Shown here: positions 47,478 through 60,379 of the stretch, piece by piece
How positions within the stretch are numbered: the stretch's first letter is position 1
Layout: every line of letters starts with the position of its first letter
Source of the DNA: the human T2T-CHM13v2.0 reference genome, Homo sapiens
Assembly (NCBI RefSeq): GCF_009914755.1
Contig: NC_060930.1
Length of the DNA stretch: 64,000 nucleotides
Direction: 5' to 3' (one strand)
Notes under the pieces: model-generated
Database searches by the model: none
Seen by the model: only the letters and a program-made list of their open reading frames with translations
What the model was told of the DNA's origin: nothing
Made by a program: the position numbers and the translations under genes

Positions 47478-48090
47478 TTTTTTTCTTTTTTAGAAAGACT
47501 ACTTGTTGAGAGCAGTTTTATGTTCACAGCAAAATTGAGAGAAAGATACAGAGATTTTCTATATACCCCTGCCTCCACACATGCACAGCCTCCCTCATGA
47601 TGAATATTGCTCACCACAGTGGTACAGTTGCTTTGATGGATGATCCTACATTGACATTTAATCACTCAAAGTCCATAGTTTACATTAGGGTTCACTCTTG
47701 TTGTTGTACATTGCATGGCTTTACACAAAGGTATAATGACATGTGTTTATCATTACAGTAACATGTAAGGTATTTTCACTTCCCTAAAAACCCTCTGCTC
47801 TGCCAATGTATTCTTTTCTTCTCTTGCCAATCCTTTGACAACCACTGATCTTTTTACCATATTCATAATTTTGCTTTTTCCAGAATGTTGCGTAGTTGGA
47901 ACAATGCAGTAAGAAGCCTTTTCAGATTGACTTCTTCTACTTCGTAATATGCAGTTAAGTTCCTCCATGTCGTTTCATAGCTTGATAGTTCATTTATTTT
48001 TATCACTGAGTAATATGGTATTATATGGCTGTAACACATTTTACTCATTCACCTATTGGAGGATATCTTGCTTGCTTCAAAAATTGGTTG
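47478..48090 (-). mobile_element. L1MC-type 3' end
   Basis: gagcagttttatgttcacagcaaaattgag...aaagtccatagtttacattagggttcactcttg. Confidence 0.8.
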
Positions 48091-49890
48091 AATTTATACA
48101 TCCATGCTCATGAGGAAGTTTTCTTATTTGTAAAATCCTTGTCTGGTTTTGGTTGAGGGTAATGCTAACATTATTGAATGGGTTGGTATGTACTCCTTTT
48201 TATTTCTGGGGGAGAGTTTATGTAAAATTATATTATTTCTTCCTAAAATATTGGTAAAACTTAGCAGTATAGCTATCTGGGTCTGGAGCTTTTTGTAGGA
48301 AGGTTTTCAACTATGGCTAAATTTTCTTTTATAGATATAGGGCAATACAGATTATCCTCTGTTGATTGAGATTCGGTAATTTTTATTTCTCAAGGAATTT
48401 TTCAATTTTGGCTAAATTGCCATATTTATTCACATAAATTTTGTAATATTGCCTTGTTTTTTAAAAGTATCTATAGAATCTATAATATTATCACATTACT
48501 CATTTCCAAAGTTATTAATTTGTATCTTCTTGTTTTCCTGAACAGTCTGACTAGATAAAGCTTTATTACTTTTCTTGAACTCCTCAAATTCTTTGGTGGT
48601 ATTGATATTTCCCACAGTTTTTCTGTTTTATTGGTTTCAGCTTTGACATCTTAGTCTTTTCATCCTGCTGTAACAAAATACCATAGACTGAGTAACTCAC
48701 AAACAAAAGAAATTGATTTCTCACAGTTCTGGAAACTGCAAAGTCCAAGATCGAGGTGCTGTCAGATTTGATGTCTGGTGAGGGATCACTTCATGGTTCA
48801 TACATGCATTATCTTCCCCGTGACCCTACATGGCAGAAGAGGTTAAGGGGATCTCTTGGGTCACCTGCTTAAGAACATTGATCAACTTATGAGGGCTTGG
48901 CCCCCATGATGTAATCATGTCCACAAAGCCCCACCTCCTAATAATGTCACCTCTGTGATGTGGCTTTATCATATAAATTTTGGAGGAACATAAAAACTCA
49001 GACCATAACATGTATTTATCATTTCCTTTCCTCTGCTTCCTTTGGGTTTAATTTTCTCTTCTTTTTTTCTAGTTTCTTAAGGTAGAAGTCAAAGTCATTG
49101 ATTTGAGACTCTTCTATTACAGATATCAGTGTTGAAAATTTTTATTTAAATACTGTTGTAGCTGCATTCCACAATTTATGATATGTTGTATTTTCATTTT
49201 CACTTAGTTAAAAATACTTTCTAACTTCTATTTTTATTACCTCTGACCCAGGGTTATTTGGATCTGTGTTACTTGGTTTCCAAATGGTTGAGTTTTTCCA
49301 GATATAATTTTGTTATTGATTTCTAATTTGATTGCTTTTTAGTCAAGGAATATGTTTCATATGACTTAAATCCTTTTGACTTAATCATTTTATTAAGATA
49401 TATTGTATGAGCTAGAGTAAGCTCTATTTTGGTAAGTGTTCCATGGGTACTTGAGGAGAATGTATTCAAGTCTCCTCTATTCTTGCTGATTTTCTGTCTC
49501 CTTGTTCTATCAACTGAGTAAAGGGATACAGAAATCTCAGACTATACTTTTTAATTTGTCTATTTCTTTTGCAGTTCTGTTCATTTTCTTTGTATCATGT
49601 ATTCGGAAACTTTTATGTTATTAGGTACATAAATGTATAGGACTGTCATATCTTCTTGATTAATTAAAACTTTTATCATTATGAAATGACCTTGCTTATT
49701 GCTGGTAATATTTTTACTATGAAATCTACTGTAGTATTAAATAGCCACTCCCCATCAGCCTTCTTTTGTCAAGTGTTAATGTGGTATATCCTGTTCTATC
49801 CTTTAACCAATGTGTGTCTTTTTATTTAAAATATACTTCTTGTAGGCAGCATTTAGATGGGCCTTGCTTTTTTATACATTCTGACAATCT
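48091..49890 (-). mobile_element. Old L1M ORF2 N-terminal region, interrupted by a MaLR LTR
   Basis: tccttgtctggttttgg...ctatctgggtctggag...gttccatgggtacttgaggagaatgtattc...tgtaggcagcatttagatgggccttgc. Confidence 0.75.
48648..49011 (-). mobile_element. MLT1A/MST-type MaLR solo LTR
   Basis: tcttagtc...ctgctgtaacaaaataccatagactgagtaact...cacagttctggaaactgcaaagtccaagatc...tcagaccataaca. Confidence 0.8.
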
Positions 49891-49894
49891 GCCT

Positions 49895-50381
49895 TTGTTT
49901 TTTTTTTTTTAGTTTTTGTTTTCTTAATTTTATTTTAGGTTCAGGGGTACATGTGCAGGTTTATTATATAGGTAAATTGCATGTTGTGGGGGTGTGGGGG
50001 TTTGGTGTACAGAGTGTTTCATCAGCCACATAATAAGTATAGTACCTGACAAAAAGTTTTTGATTCACACCCTGCTCCCAACCTCCACCCTCAAGTAGGC
50101 CCTGGATCTTTGATTCCCTTATTTGTGTCCATACGTATTTAATGTTTAGCCTCCACTTAAAAGTGAGAACATGTGGTATTTGTTTTTCTGTTCCTGTGTT
50201 GGTCCGCTCAGGATAATGGCCTCCAGCTCTATCCTTGTTGCTGCATAGGACATAATTTCATTCTTTTTTATGGCTGTGTAGTATTCCATGGTATCTATGT
50301 TCCACATTTTCTTTATCCAGTTTACCATTGACGGGCATTAAGTTCATTCCATGTCTTTGCTATTGTAAATAGTACAGTGAA
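49895..50381 (-). mobile_element. Older L1PA (about PA13-16) 3' end, 5'-truncated
   Basis: ORF-track peptide WIKKMWNIDTMEYYTAIKKNEIMS; T tail at 49895-49935. Confidence 0.92.
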
Positions 50382-50496
50382 CAGGATTCTTGTTACAATT
50401 GGGATGGGCTTGGGGACCAGGCCCAAGGATGAGGCCAAGTTGAAAAGAGGGCTCAGAGAAGCCCATCTACGGTTTGGTCAAGGAGAGACTCTGTCA
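50382..50496 (-). mobile_element. MER31-type LTR, part 2 (LTR 5' end)
   Basis: Reverse complement reads tgacagagtctctccttgaccaaac...ctctgagccctcttttcaac, the MER31 start. Confidence 0.75.
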
Positions 50497-51119
50497 CTTG
50501 CAAAATAATTTTGAAGGAGACTTAATTGCTATCATTCATTTATATAATGCTGGGTACTCGAAGCATGAGAATGCAACAGTCCATGCCTTTTTCATATTCA
50601 TTTTCATGAGGTACATGAAATATATAACACTTTTGGATATTTGTTACCACACTCAAAAGTTTTGCATCTTCTATATTCTCTACTAATGAATTTACATTTA
50701 TGCATGGTATGCTTGATTAGTATTTGCATTGTGCTTTGAATTTCTAAACATGTTGAAATAATTGATTAGTTATTTCTCCCATAGCCCCATATGAGATAAG
50801 ACTAATGCTTAGTTCTTATGTAATGTTTCCAACATCAGCGCTTTTAATAAATATCACCTAGTTAGTTTTGATATCACTCTTGAAGGCTATTATCTCCACT
50901 TTATTTTATTAAAAAAAACAGAAACAGGATGAATAAACCACTTTTCTGAACTGATAAAGGGAATAATTATGAGGAATAGGAAAATTGGGTCTCAAATAGA
51001 ATAAAAAATAAGGGAGAATCTATAAGCACTTTAAAGATCTTATGAGCTTTTTTGTATAATAGCCCTCAATGCAATCTAAATAGAAAAGAAATAATTTAGG
51101 AATCATATAACATCAGCTA

Positions 51120-51265
51120 ACTTTTATGAAAATTTAGGATAGTCACTTCAACTTACTTTGCTACATTTTCTTTACCTGTAAAATTACAATGCTTATGCCT
51201 TACTGACCTTTTTCAAAAAATTGTAAAGAAATATCAATTAATGCATGTGAAAAAATCTTCAAAGA
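51120..51265 (+). mobile_element. MIR remnant
   Basis: agtcacttcaac...attttctttacctgtaaaat...atgcatgtgaaa. Confidence 0.45.
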
Positions 51266-51379
51266 ACAGTATGATTAACAGTGTCACAGTTTTAGAATGC
51301 AAAGGTATATCTGTATCTTGCTTTTGAATAAATTTGTTGATTCACAAAAGCCTGAATATATCCCCAAATTCCACCCACA

Positions 51380-51930
51380 AGATGAGGACCTAACTTTTTT
51401 GCATGGCTAGCCAGTCCTTTCAAGTACCATCTGTCTAGCCCCTGCATGATCTGTTCCCTGAATACCTTTCAAGCCTCATTTCTTGCCAGTCTCTGTTCTT
51501 TTCATTATGCTCTAGGCAATCTGACCTCACTAACCCTGCAAAAAGCCTACTTCAGTTCCTTCATATGTACATTTTTCCTCTTTCTGAATCCCTGTTTTCA
51601 ATTGCCTTCACCTAGTTACTCCTACACATTCATTAAAAGGCAATCACTCAGCAAAGCTTTCTGATCTCCCACACCAGCCAATTCTTCTCCCTGTATAAAT
51701 AGAAATTATTATATACTTTTCCTTTATATCATTTATCAGAGTTGTAGTTAAATACATATATAGTCACATATATATTTGATTTGTTTAAAATCTACTATCT
51801 CCCACTAAACTGCGACCTCCATGAATGTGTAGTGTAGTGCAGTGTCTGGTGTGCTCAGGGCTTTAATTCCCAGTCTCTAGCTCAGTATCTCATGTCTAAA
51901 GGTATTACCTGAATATTGTTGAATATTGTT
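51380..51930 (+). mobile_element. L2 3' region
   Basis: cccactaaactgcgacctccatga...cccagtctctagctcagtatct...gaatattgttgaa. Confidence 0.6.
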
Positions 51931-51947
51931 GTTATGTTGTACCTCTT

Positions 51948-52845
51948 TTTTTTGGAGAGGAATTTTTTTATTTTAATTTTTTATTTGACTTTAAGTTCTG
52001 GGATACATGTGCTGAATGTGCAGGTTTGTTACATTGGTATACATGTGCCGTGGTGGTTTGCTGCACCTATCAACTCATCATCTAGGTTTTAAGCTCTGTG
52101 TGTATTAGGTATTTGTCCTAATCCTCTCCCTCCCCTTTTCCCACATGCCCCAGAAGGCCCCAGTGTGTGATGTTCCCTTCCCTGTGTCCATGTATTCTCA
52201 TTGTTCAGCTCCCACTTATGAGTGAGAACATAGGGTGTTTTTCTGTTCCTGTGTTAGTTTGCTGAGGATGGGTTCCAGCTTCATCCATGTCCCTGCAAAG
52301 GACATTAACTCATTCTTTTTTATGGCTGCATAGTATTCCATGGTGTATATGTGACACATTTTCTTTATCCAGTCTATCATTGATGGACATTTGGGTTGGT
52401 TCCAAGTCTTTGCTGTTGTAAATAGTGCTGCAGTGAACACATGTATGCGTGTGTCTTTATAGTAGAAGATTTATAATCATTTGGGTATATACCCAGTAAT
52501 GAGATTGCTGGACCAAATGGTATTTCTGGTTCCAGATCCTTGAGGAATCACCACACTGTCTTCCCCAGTGGTTGAACTAATTTACACTCCTACCAACAGT
52601 GTAAAAGCGTTCCTATTTCTCCACATCCTCTCCAGCATTGGTTGTTTCCTGACTTTTTCATGATTGCCTTTCTAACTGGCGTGAGATGGTATCTCATTGT
52701 GGTTTTGATTTGCATTTGTCTAATGACCAGTGATGATGAGCTTTTTTTCATATGTTTATGAAAATGCTGCATAAATGTCTTCTTTTGAGAATTGTCTGTT
52801 CATATCCTTAGCCCACTTTTTGATGGGATCTTTTTTTTAATATAT
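51948..52845 (-). mobile_element. L1PA (about PA7-8) 3' end
   Basis: MFTAALFTTAKTWNQPKCPSMIDWIKKM; TSD gtacctctt at 51939-51947 and 52851-52859. Confidence 0.95.
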
Positions 52846-53515
52846 ATATCGTACCTCTTAGCTCCCTTTCTCTTCTAGATCACAAATATGCTATTGGAGG
52901 ACATAGAAAAACCAAGTATATTTGGGAGCAACAATTTAGCTAATGTTAGAAAGAAAAGTAGGAAAACTGCTGCTTTTAGTCCCTATTTATCCCAAAATGC
53001 TGAATTCCTGGACTTTTGATGTCAGTTTACCTTAGTTATCAAGATTGCTTAAGGTGTAAACAGGGGATCCTAAATTCATGCACAAGGAGTGTCTGAATTC
53101 AAGAAAACTCTAATATCATAGTTGGGGGTATGGTGTTTGAGGGAATAATCAGGATAAATAGACATTTCATCATTCATATCATGGGCAACAGAAAAGAATG
53201 GTTATTGGGAATAAACATTAATTTTATGAAGAACACATTAAAAGATAGGGTAATAATTTTTTACTGAGATGAGATTTTTAAAAAGGTAAATAAAGTTAGA
53301 AATATTACAAGGAACCACAAATTATAATGACACAATGCAAAAAAAAAAAAAAAAAAAAAAACTCCTTTTGTACTAGTAAAGGTAGAAATGGACTATAGAA
53401 AGCCAAATAATTTGTATGGGAATAAATATGGTCAAGAGATTTAGAGAAATATCAAATAGATGAAAACAGTTAAAGGTGATAGTAATGAAGACAAGGAAAA
53501 AATCTAATAGAGTTA

Positions 53516-53828
<313 letters not shown>

Positions 53829-54735
53829 CAATAGAGTTTTCGTACGTATTCTTGAGGACAATGTGTAAACAAATAGAATAAAAATAATAAGTATATTTGG
53901 TAGAAAACTAACTTTCTCTGCTAAAGAGAAAATTCTGTACATCTAAAAGAGTCCTTCACATATTACAAAATACAGAAAAGATAAATTCTCAAGTAAATTC
54001 TATTAAAATTATTTAACTATAAGTTAAAAATTATATACTGTGTAAGCCCAGAGAGCAAACTTGTTTTTTCGTTAAGAAAACTGCTGCTTGTTCTTAGGTT
54101 TCCTTTCTGCTTTGTTAAACAAGAGAAGATAATGGAGAGGTTAGGGGGGAAAACAGCCAAAATGACCTCTCCCCAACTACCTCGTAATGCCAGAGGGCTT
54201 AGGATGAATAACATTCACTTCATTCAATTAAAAAATAAATGTAAAAAAATCACCACAAAACTCCAGAATGAAAATTTGCGGTCTGAAAGGACAGGTAATG
54301 CAATCATTATTTAAATAATTGTTGAAAATATGGTTACACATTTTATGAAAGCAATTCTGTTTGAAAGTAAAGATATATAGCAAAAAAATGAAAGTAAACA
54401 ATAAAATTTATTCTAAAATCCCAAATTATACAGCACAAATCCAATAGTATTAATTCCAATTACTAATCATTTAAAAATAACCAAAGACTTGGATGCAAAA
54501 AAAAAATTTTGTTAAAATGTTTCTTGCAAATCTACATAGTAAAGTAAGATGGAAAACAAATAAAATGCTCCATTAAATAGGATTGGATAAATAAATTGTG
54601 ATATATCCTTAAAAACAAAAGGCTCTTCCTCTTCTAAAACTCATGTTTTATCAAAGTATTTAATGAAATGTAAAGACAGGTTACAACAGTGAGTACTATA
54701 ACTATTTCAAATCATTGTGTAATTCACTGTAATAA

Positions 54736-55044
<309 letters not shown>

Positions 55045-55576
55045 TGAGCCACCATGCCAGGCCAATAAGTTTTAATAAGAAAAGTTAAATAATTTTTTTT
55101 ATAAATTGTTTTAACCATTTAGATATGCCTGAAGTATGTCTAGAGTTTAAAATGGGTTAGATCAAATTTGAATATGTAGAAAAGCTTGGGGGCTAAAATC
55201 CCATATCTATCCATTTCAACTATGTTGATTATTAAAAACCAAAAAAAAAAAAAACAGAAAAATATGTCTATAATATTAAGATAAAATGAGTTGCAAATCT
55301 AAGTCACAAAAAGATACTTATTTGTACATCTTTAAATATAAAATTAAAATCAGGAAGTCATCTGAGGTGTACCATGTTTCAGTAACTGGCAAACTTCACA
55401 TAGAATTCATAAGTGTCTTTTGATGGATAACCTGGGAAAATTTTATAATTAATAATGAAGATTTTTCTTCAAAATTTTAAAACGTATTTTCCAAAAGGGG
55501 GTGAAAAAGTAATGATGACAAACAGGTGCAAGTATATATAGCAGGAGTCAGAAAACAAGCTTATGTAATCTAACTC

Positions 55577-56561
55577 TTTTTTTTAAGGATATGTGCATCT
55601 TCACCTTTGATAAATACTGCGAACATTTAAAAACCTGACAACGTCAAGGACTGGTGAACGTGTCACATGTGATGGGTGTGAAATGGCATCTCTCCGCAGC
55701 AGGTGCTGGAGACAGTTTGGCCTTAGAGAGGCACTTAGTTATAGCAAGAATGTTTTATAAATGGTATTTGATATAGTCTAATTAAGATTAATGGGGAATA
55801 AAAAATGCTGCTTAGAAATAATAATTCATAGATCTAAAGTCAACAAAATCTTTTTATTTAATGTAACAATATATAAGATTTTACAGAAAGGGAGAACAAC
55901 TTGAAATAAATCAGGAAACGCTTTTATATTAATCATTCTTTTCATATACTTCAAATTTGTACTTAATGCCTTTCTCCTCCTCCACATCAGAGACAACACC
56001 TTGTGGGTATTCTGGGAGAAGTTTATATTTCTCTAAATCACCTTCTAGGGGAAAAAAACGTGTCACTTTGAAAGTCCTGCATGATCCATGTCACAAATAG
56101 TTTAAAATGGTCTCAATTCATGGATTCCTTATAAACAGAACTGCCTCCCACTGTAAAAAACACGTCTTGTTTATTTGCTAATTTTAGTTGCTCAATACGT
56201 TTTAAGGCATCACCCAGACTTTAGTCAAGAAAAGGAGGTCTTTGCGGTGGTTCCTTGGATTCTCTACTGACAACTAAATTAATTATATACTTTAAAGGTT
56301 GATTCTTCTCAGTAATCGAGAACCAGTTCTTCCTAATTAAAAATACTAAATTTTCTTTACCCTCTGCTGAAGAGGGTGTGGTCATTCTTTGGAATCGAAT
56401 TTATTTTTGAGCTGAGGTCAGGGCAGGTCCCCATTCCTGATGATGCCCATCTTCTGGGAAACATTGACAATGCAGTTTAGCGGATGAACCATGACAACAG
56501 CAGTGAACACCTATGAGCTGGGTCACAACACCAGGATGCAAGACCAAGAATCATGCGAAAT
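55577..56561 (-). pseudogene. DHFR: Processed dihydrofolate reductase pseudogene (full-length retrocopy; CDS remnant 56492 to 55929)
   Basis: The minus strand reads [87 protein letters not shown] and [16 protein letters not shown], with no introns. It has a DHFR-like 3'UTR (acattcttgctataactaagtgc, cacacccatcacatgtg), a poly(A) remnant at 55577-55584 and TSD tctaactctt (55569-55578/56562-56571). Several stops and frameshifts. The symbol is the parent gene; the specific DHFRP locus is not assigned. Confidence 0.97.
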
Positions 56562-57301
56562 TCTAACTCTTGTTTTTATATTGCCAATCATTATTTCCAT
56601 TTCTTCCTTGGATTTGGGTTACTGTTGATGATTAAGATTATTGCTAATATTTATAATATTTTATCAGAATTATATTTTGTGATTAATAAGAAATATTTTA
56701 AATCCATAAATTAGATAATGGGTTCACCTATAAATATTTTTAACCAAATAAGAAATTTAAAAATTTACAGGATTAAGTATAGTTATAATATTTGCTGTTT
56801 TCAGTTGCATGAATGTTATATGGGGAGAAGAGTTAACCTGTAAATAAATAACTATTCAACCTTGATTTTTACCTTTGTTTACTTAAATTTATATTTTCAG
56901 TCTTTTGGCAAATTTATTTTTGATAATGACTTTTTTGTTTTTTTTTTTGTTTTGATTTTGCTTTTTGAGTCATGGAAAATGTTTTATAAAGAGAAATACA
57001 ACATGACTGTCTTTCTTCCAAAAGAAATATAAGACTTGCATAGAAAAGTTTCAACTGTGAGGCAATATCTACCACAATCATTAAGGCAGATGGTTTACCT
57101 TCATGTAATATTCAATTATCTCTTAGCTACCTATACTTTAAGTATATAATGTGAAGTGTTGAGTGCCTGATATTTATTCCATACAAACTTAACAGTATTA
57201 TAATTGCTTCACCTTTTTGATTCATATCATTTTAGTTTTGATGACGTTAGTGGTCTACTGAATTAAAAAAAACACTTTTGTTTGTACCACATATTCCTCA
57301 G

Positions 57302-57363
57302 ATAGAACAAACAAACTATCGATGGAGGCTGCTGGCTGTCTTCGGTTTCTTGGGGTTTTCTGT
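57302..57363 (+). other. Candidate 62-nt exon, host unknown
   Basis: Acceptor cttttgtttgtaccacatattcctcAG and donor tgt|gtgagt. Locally GC-richer, two CpGs, two open frames. Confidence 0.3.
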
Positions 57364-57539
57364 GTGAGTTCATGTGTATCTACCTATATACACCAAATTA
57401 AACTATAATTCTCAACGAATCTTAGAATTCCCTCCAAGTAAGAGAGATGAGGAGGGGCTTACACCCTCCATGATACTAACTAAAAAGAACACCTCATTTA
57501 TACTCAATCTTAATCTTTTTCTGGCCTTTATTTAATCTC

Positions 57540-57690
57540 AATTTGCAACTAATTTATTTATTTGATTATTTGATAAATGTCTATCCTCCCCACTGTGTTT
57601 TAAGCACTGTCAGAGCAAAGATCACATCTCTTTTGTTCACCATTGTACCCTAACACTTAGGGCAGGGTTTAGTTGAAGAAAATTCAAAGA
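57540..57690 (+). mobile_element. L2 3' fragment
   Basis: tgtctatcctccccactgtgttttaagcactgtcagagcaaagatcacatctcttttgttcaccattgtaccc. Confidence 0.6.
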
Positions 57691-58239
57691 AGAGAGCTAC
57701 AAAGAGAATATAGGCTGCAGAATTATTGGCCTAACTCCTCAGGGTCCTGTCAGGGGACAAATCAACTTTTTCCTTATCTGTGTTTTTATGCTCTTTGACT
57801 CAAAATGCCCAGGAAAAAAAAAGTGCTCAAATTGTTCTGGCCTGAGTCTCTTGCCTGCTTCTTGGCAAAAAGAACACAGGGCACCTGAACTGATAGACAC
57901 ACAAACTGTACAATAAAAGAATAATAATTCCTCACAGAAAATCCAGGTGTTGTTACCAGACCATAGCAGGGATGGATACCAGGAAAGCAAAACTGAGAGA
58001 TGCTCATTACAGGGAATAAACAAATGGTTCTGTATTTCCAATAAGTTCTTCACAATAGCAATACCAGAAGATGTGCAAAAAAAGCTGTCACATTTCCTTT
58101 AATGTCAGTTACCCCTTACAATAACCAACAGCAAGTTAATTCATTTTTTATTAAAATGTTTGTGCCAGCAGATATTTTGGAAGGATTATCTAGACTGTAT
58201 ACCAAGATGGCTCACATCCTTAAAGCATTTTTTAAATAT

Positions 58240-58382
58240 TATGAAGTGTTTTTCCCTTACATTGCTACTCCATGAAGGCAGAGACCATGCCTATTTTGTG
58301 TACCTCTATATTCCTAGTACATGCTCAGAGCCTGGCACAAAATACACACCCAGATATTATTGAATGACTAAATCAACGAAGG
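58240..58382 (+). mobile_element. L2 3' end
   Basis: ctccatgaaggcagagaccatgcc...gagcctggcacaaaata...tattattgaatgac. Confidence 0.65.
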
Positions 58383-60379
58383 ACTACAGGGGGTTTCTAA
58401 CTGTATACGGGCATGTTTGATCTGTTTCCCTTGTGGGAACTAAAAATAAGTTAAGACTGGAATTATTTTAAGATGTTTTTAATACAAATTTGAAATACAA
58501 GTTAGATACAAATACTTTAAATTTGCATTTAAAAACATCTTAAAATAATTTCGATCTTAATTTCTGTTTAGTTCTGATAAGGGAAACAAATAAAGCCAAA
58601 CCTATAGTTTCAAAAGGAAAATATCAGTGTCACTTCTGGATTATGTTCAGCTTAAGATTCTCATGAAACTTTTTAGGAGGATAGAAAATCATGTAAGATG
58701 ATCTTGTGCTAGTTTGTCTCTGCTCTGAGGCAGAAAATAAGATCTTCATAGACAGGTTTGAGAGCTTAAATTCCTACAAAATAGTTCTAAAAGTATGAGG
58801 GGCTAAATCTTGACACTAATTCACCTAGTGTGGTATTATTTTCCTGAAATAATCCTCCCTGGCAACTTGTCATGAAAATCTATCAGATGGACACATTTCT
58901 TCATCTATTGAATTTTTTCCGTTGACATCTCCGTTAAGTGATATTATTAATTCTGTTCAAAATGTAATTCTTTTTCAGTTGTACTGTCTACTGGGGCCTG
59001 AAATATTCATACTGACTGTTCCTCACATTTTAATTTATTTTTTGCTAACTGTAGAATATGATTTCCTTGAAAGCAAATAAGCTTTCTTGTGCTTATTCCT
59101 GGTTTCATTGGTTTACTACCCTGCAGCCACATCTCTAGCAAGAAATTATTTGACTTTGCTGTGTCTTTGGTCAGATGAAGGCCCATTCAAACCAGTGCTG
59201 TTGATCATATAGCAACTAGGTAATAGGAAGAGTATTATGCTGAATTAAAATCTTATTAATAACTCTGATATGTATTATATATTTGCCTTTGGAATGCCTT
59301 TTTTCATAATATTTGAATCATTATTCATGGAATGAGAGCAAGAGTATAAATAGTAGATCTGTTATATCAAATGGAATACCAGATAAGAATGGCTAGCACA
59401 CTGACAGAATCATGACAAGTATTCGAAAATGGTTATTTTCTTCCTTCACTTCCAAACAGAAAATGGCTACACTTTTTCTGACCCAGTAGACTACTAATAA
59501 CTGAAAAGTGTTCCTCAGCTATAAGGTGGATATGCATTGCCTAATAAAGACTCTAATCTGCTAATAATCCATATAGAGACTACATGAAAGCTTATGCAGA
59601 AATCTAATGGAAATTTTTCTTCTAGCATCATTCAAGGCTGGACATGAATTTGTCTTTGTCTACCTTATACCTGCAAATAATTATATTAGATCAGAAGCAT
59701 TTAATTTCTCCTTATTTGATATGTGATATTGTTGTCACTTTGTATTTGAAACTGAAATGGTAAGATTAAAGACTGTGTCAAACAGCTAGATACAACTACA
59801 GTATTTAGCCAGCATATAACCATGAACTAACACAGTGCCTAGAATCTATTGGATACTCAATAAATATATATTGGAGAAATAAAATATACAAATGAATAAA
59901 GTTGTACTATCTACTGGGACCTGAGATAAAATATGAATGATGAAGATTTTTCTGTGTTTATATCCATATATCTAAACATAATCTTCGAACCTTTCTTTAG
60001 GGAAGCTCTCACTGCCCACTACATACCAATAAATCATAGACACTTCAATCCAGCTCCTTATGCCCAGAATTAGACTGACAGTACTAAGTACTTTGTTCAA
60101 TAATGCCTACTGCTTAATAAAATATACAAATCATGCCAAGTAAATGTGACATAATATGTGCTAAACAGTGCTATTCATTTTACCCACAGTGTTAAAGACA
60201 GAGTATACAACTTTAGCATTTTAAAATATTATCTGTTAAAGCAAAACCAGAAGAAAATAAATGGGATCATTTGATGGTTTGCAGCAAGCTAATTTTGGGA
60301 GAAAAGCCCTTTGTAATAAAGCTAATGTGATCTTGGGTAAAGGAAGCTATCTGCACCTGCACTGCAGAGATAACTGCGA

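Noticed and set aside
55929-56492. Functional DHFR retrogene (DHFR2-like)
   Set aside because: The conserved Trp codon is TGA (56418-56420), a frameshift follows near 56395, and further stops occur (e.g. 56221-56223).
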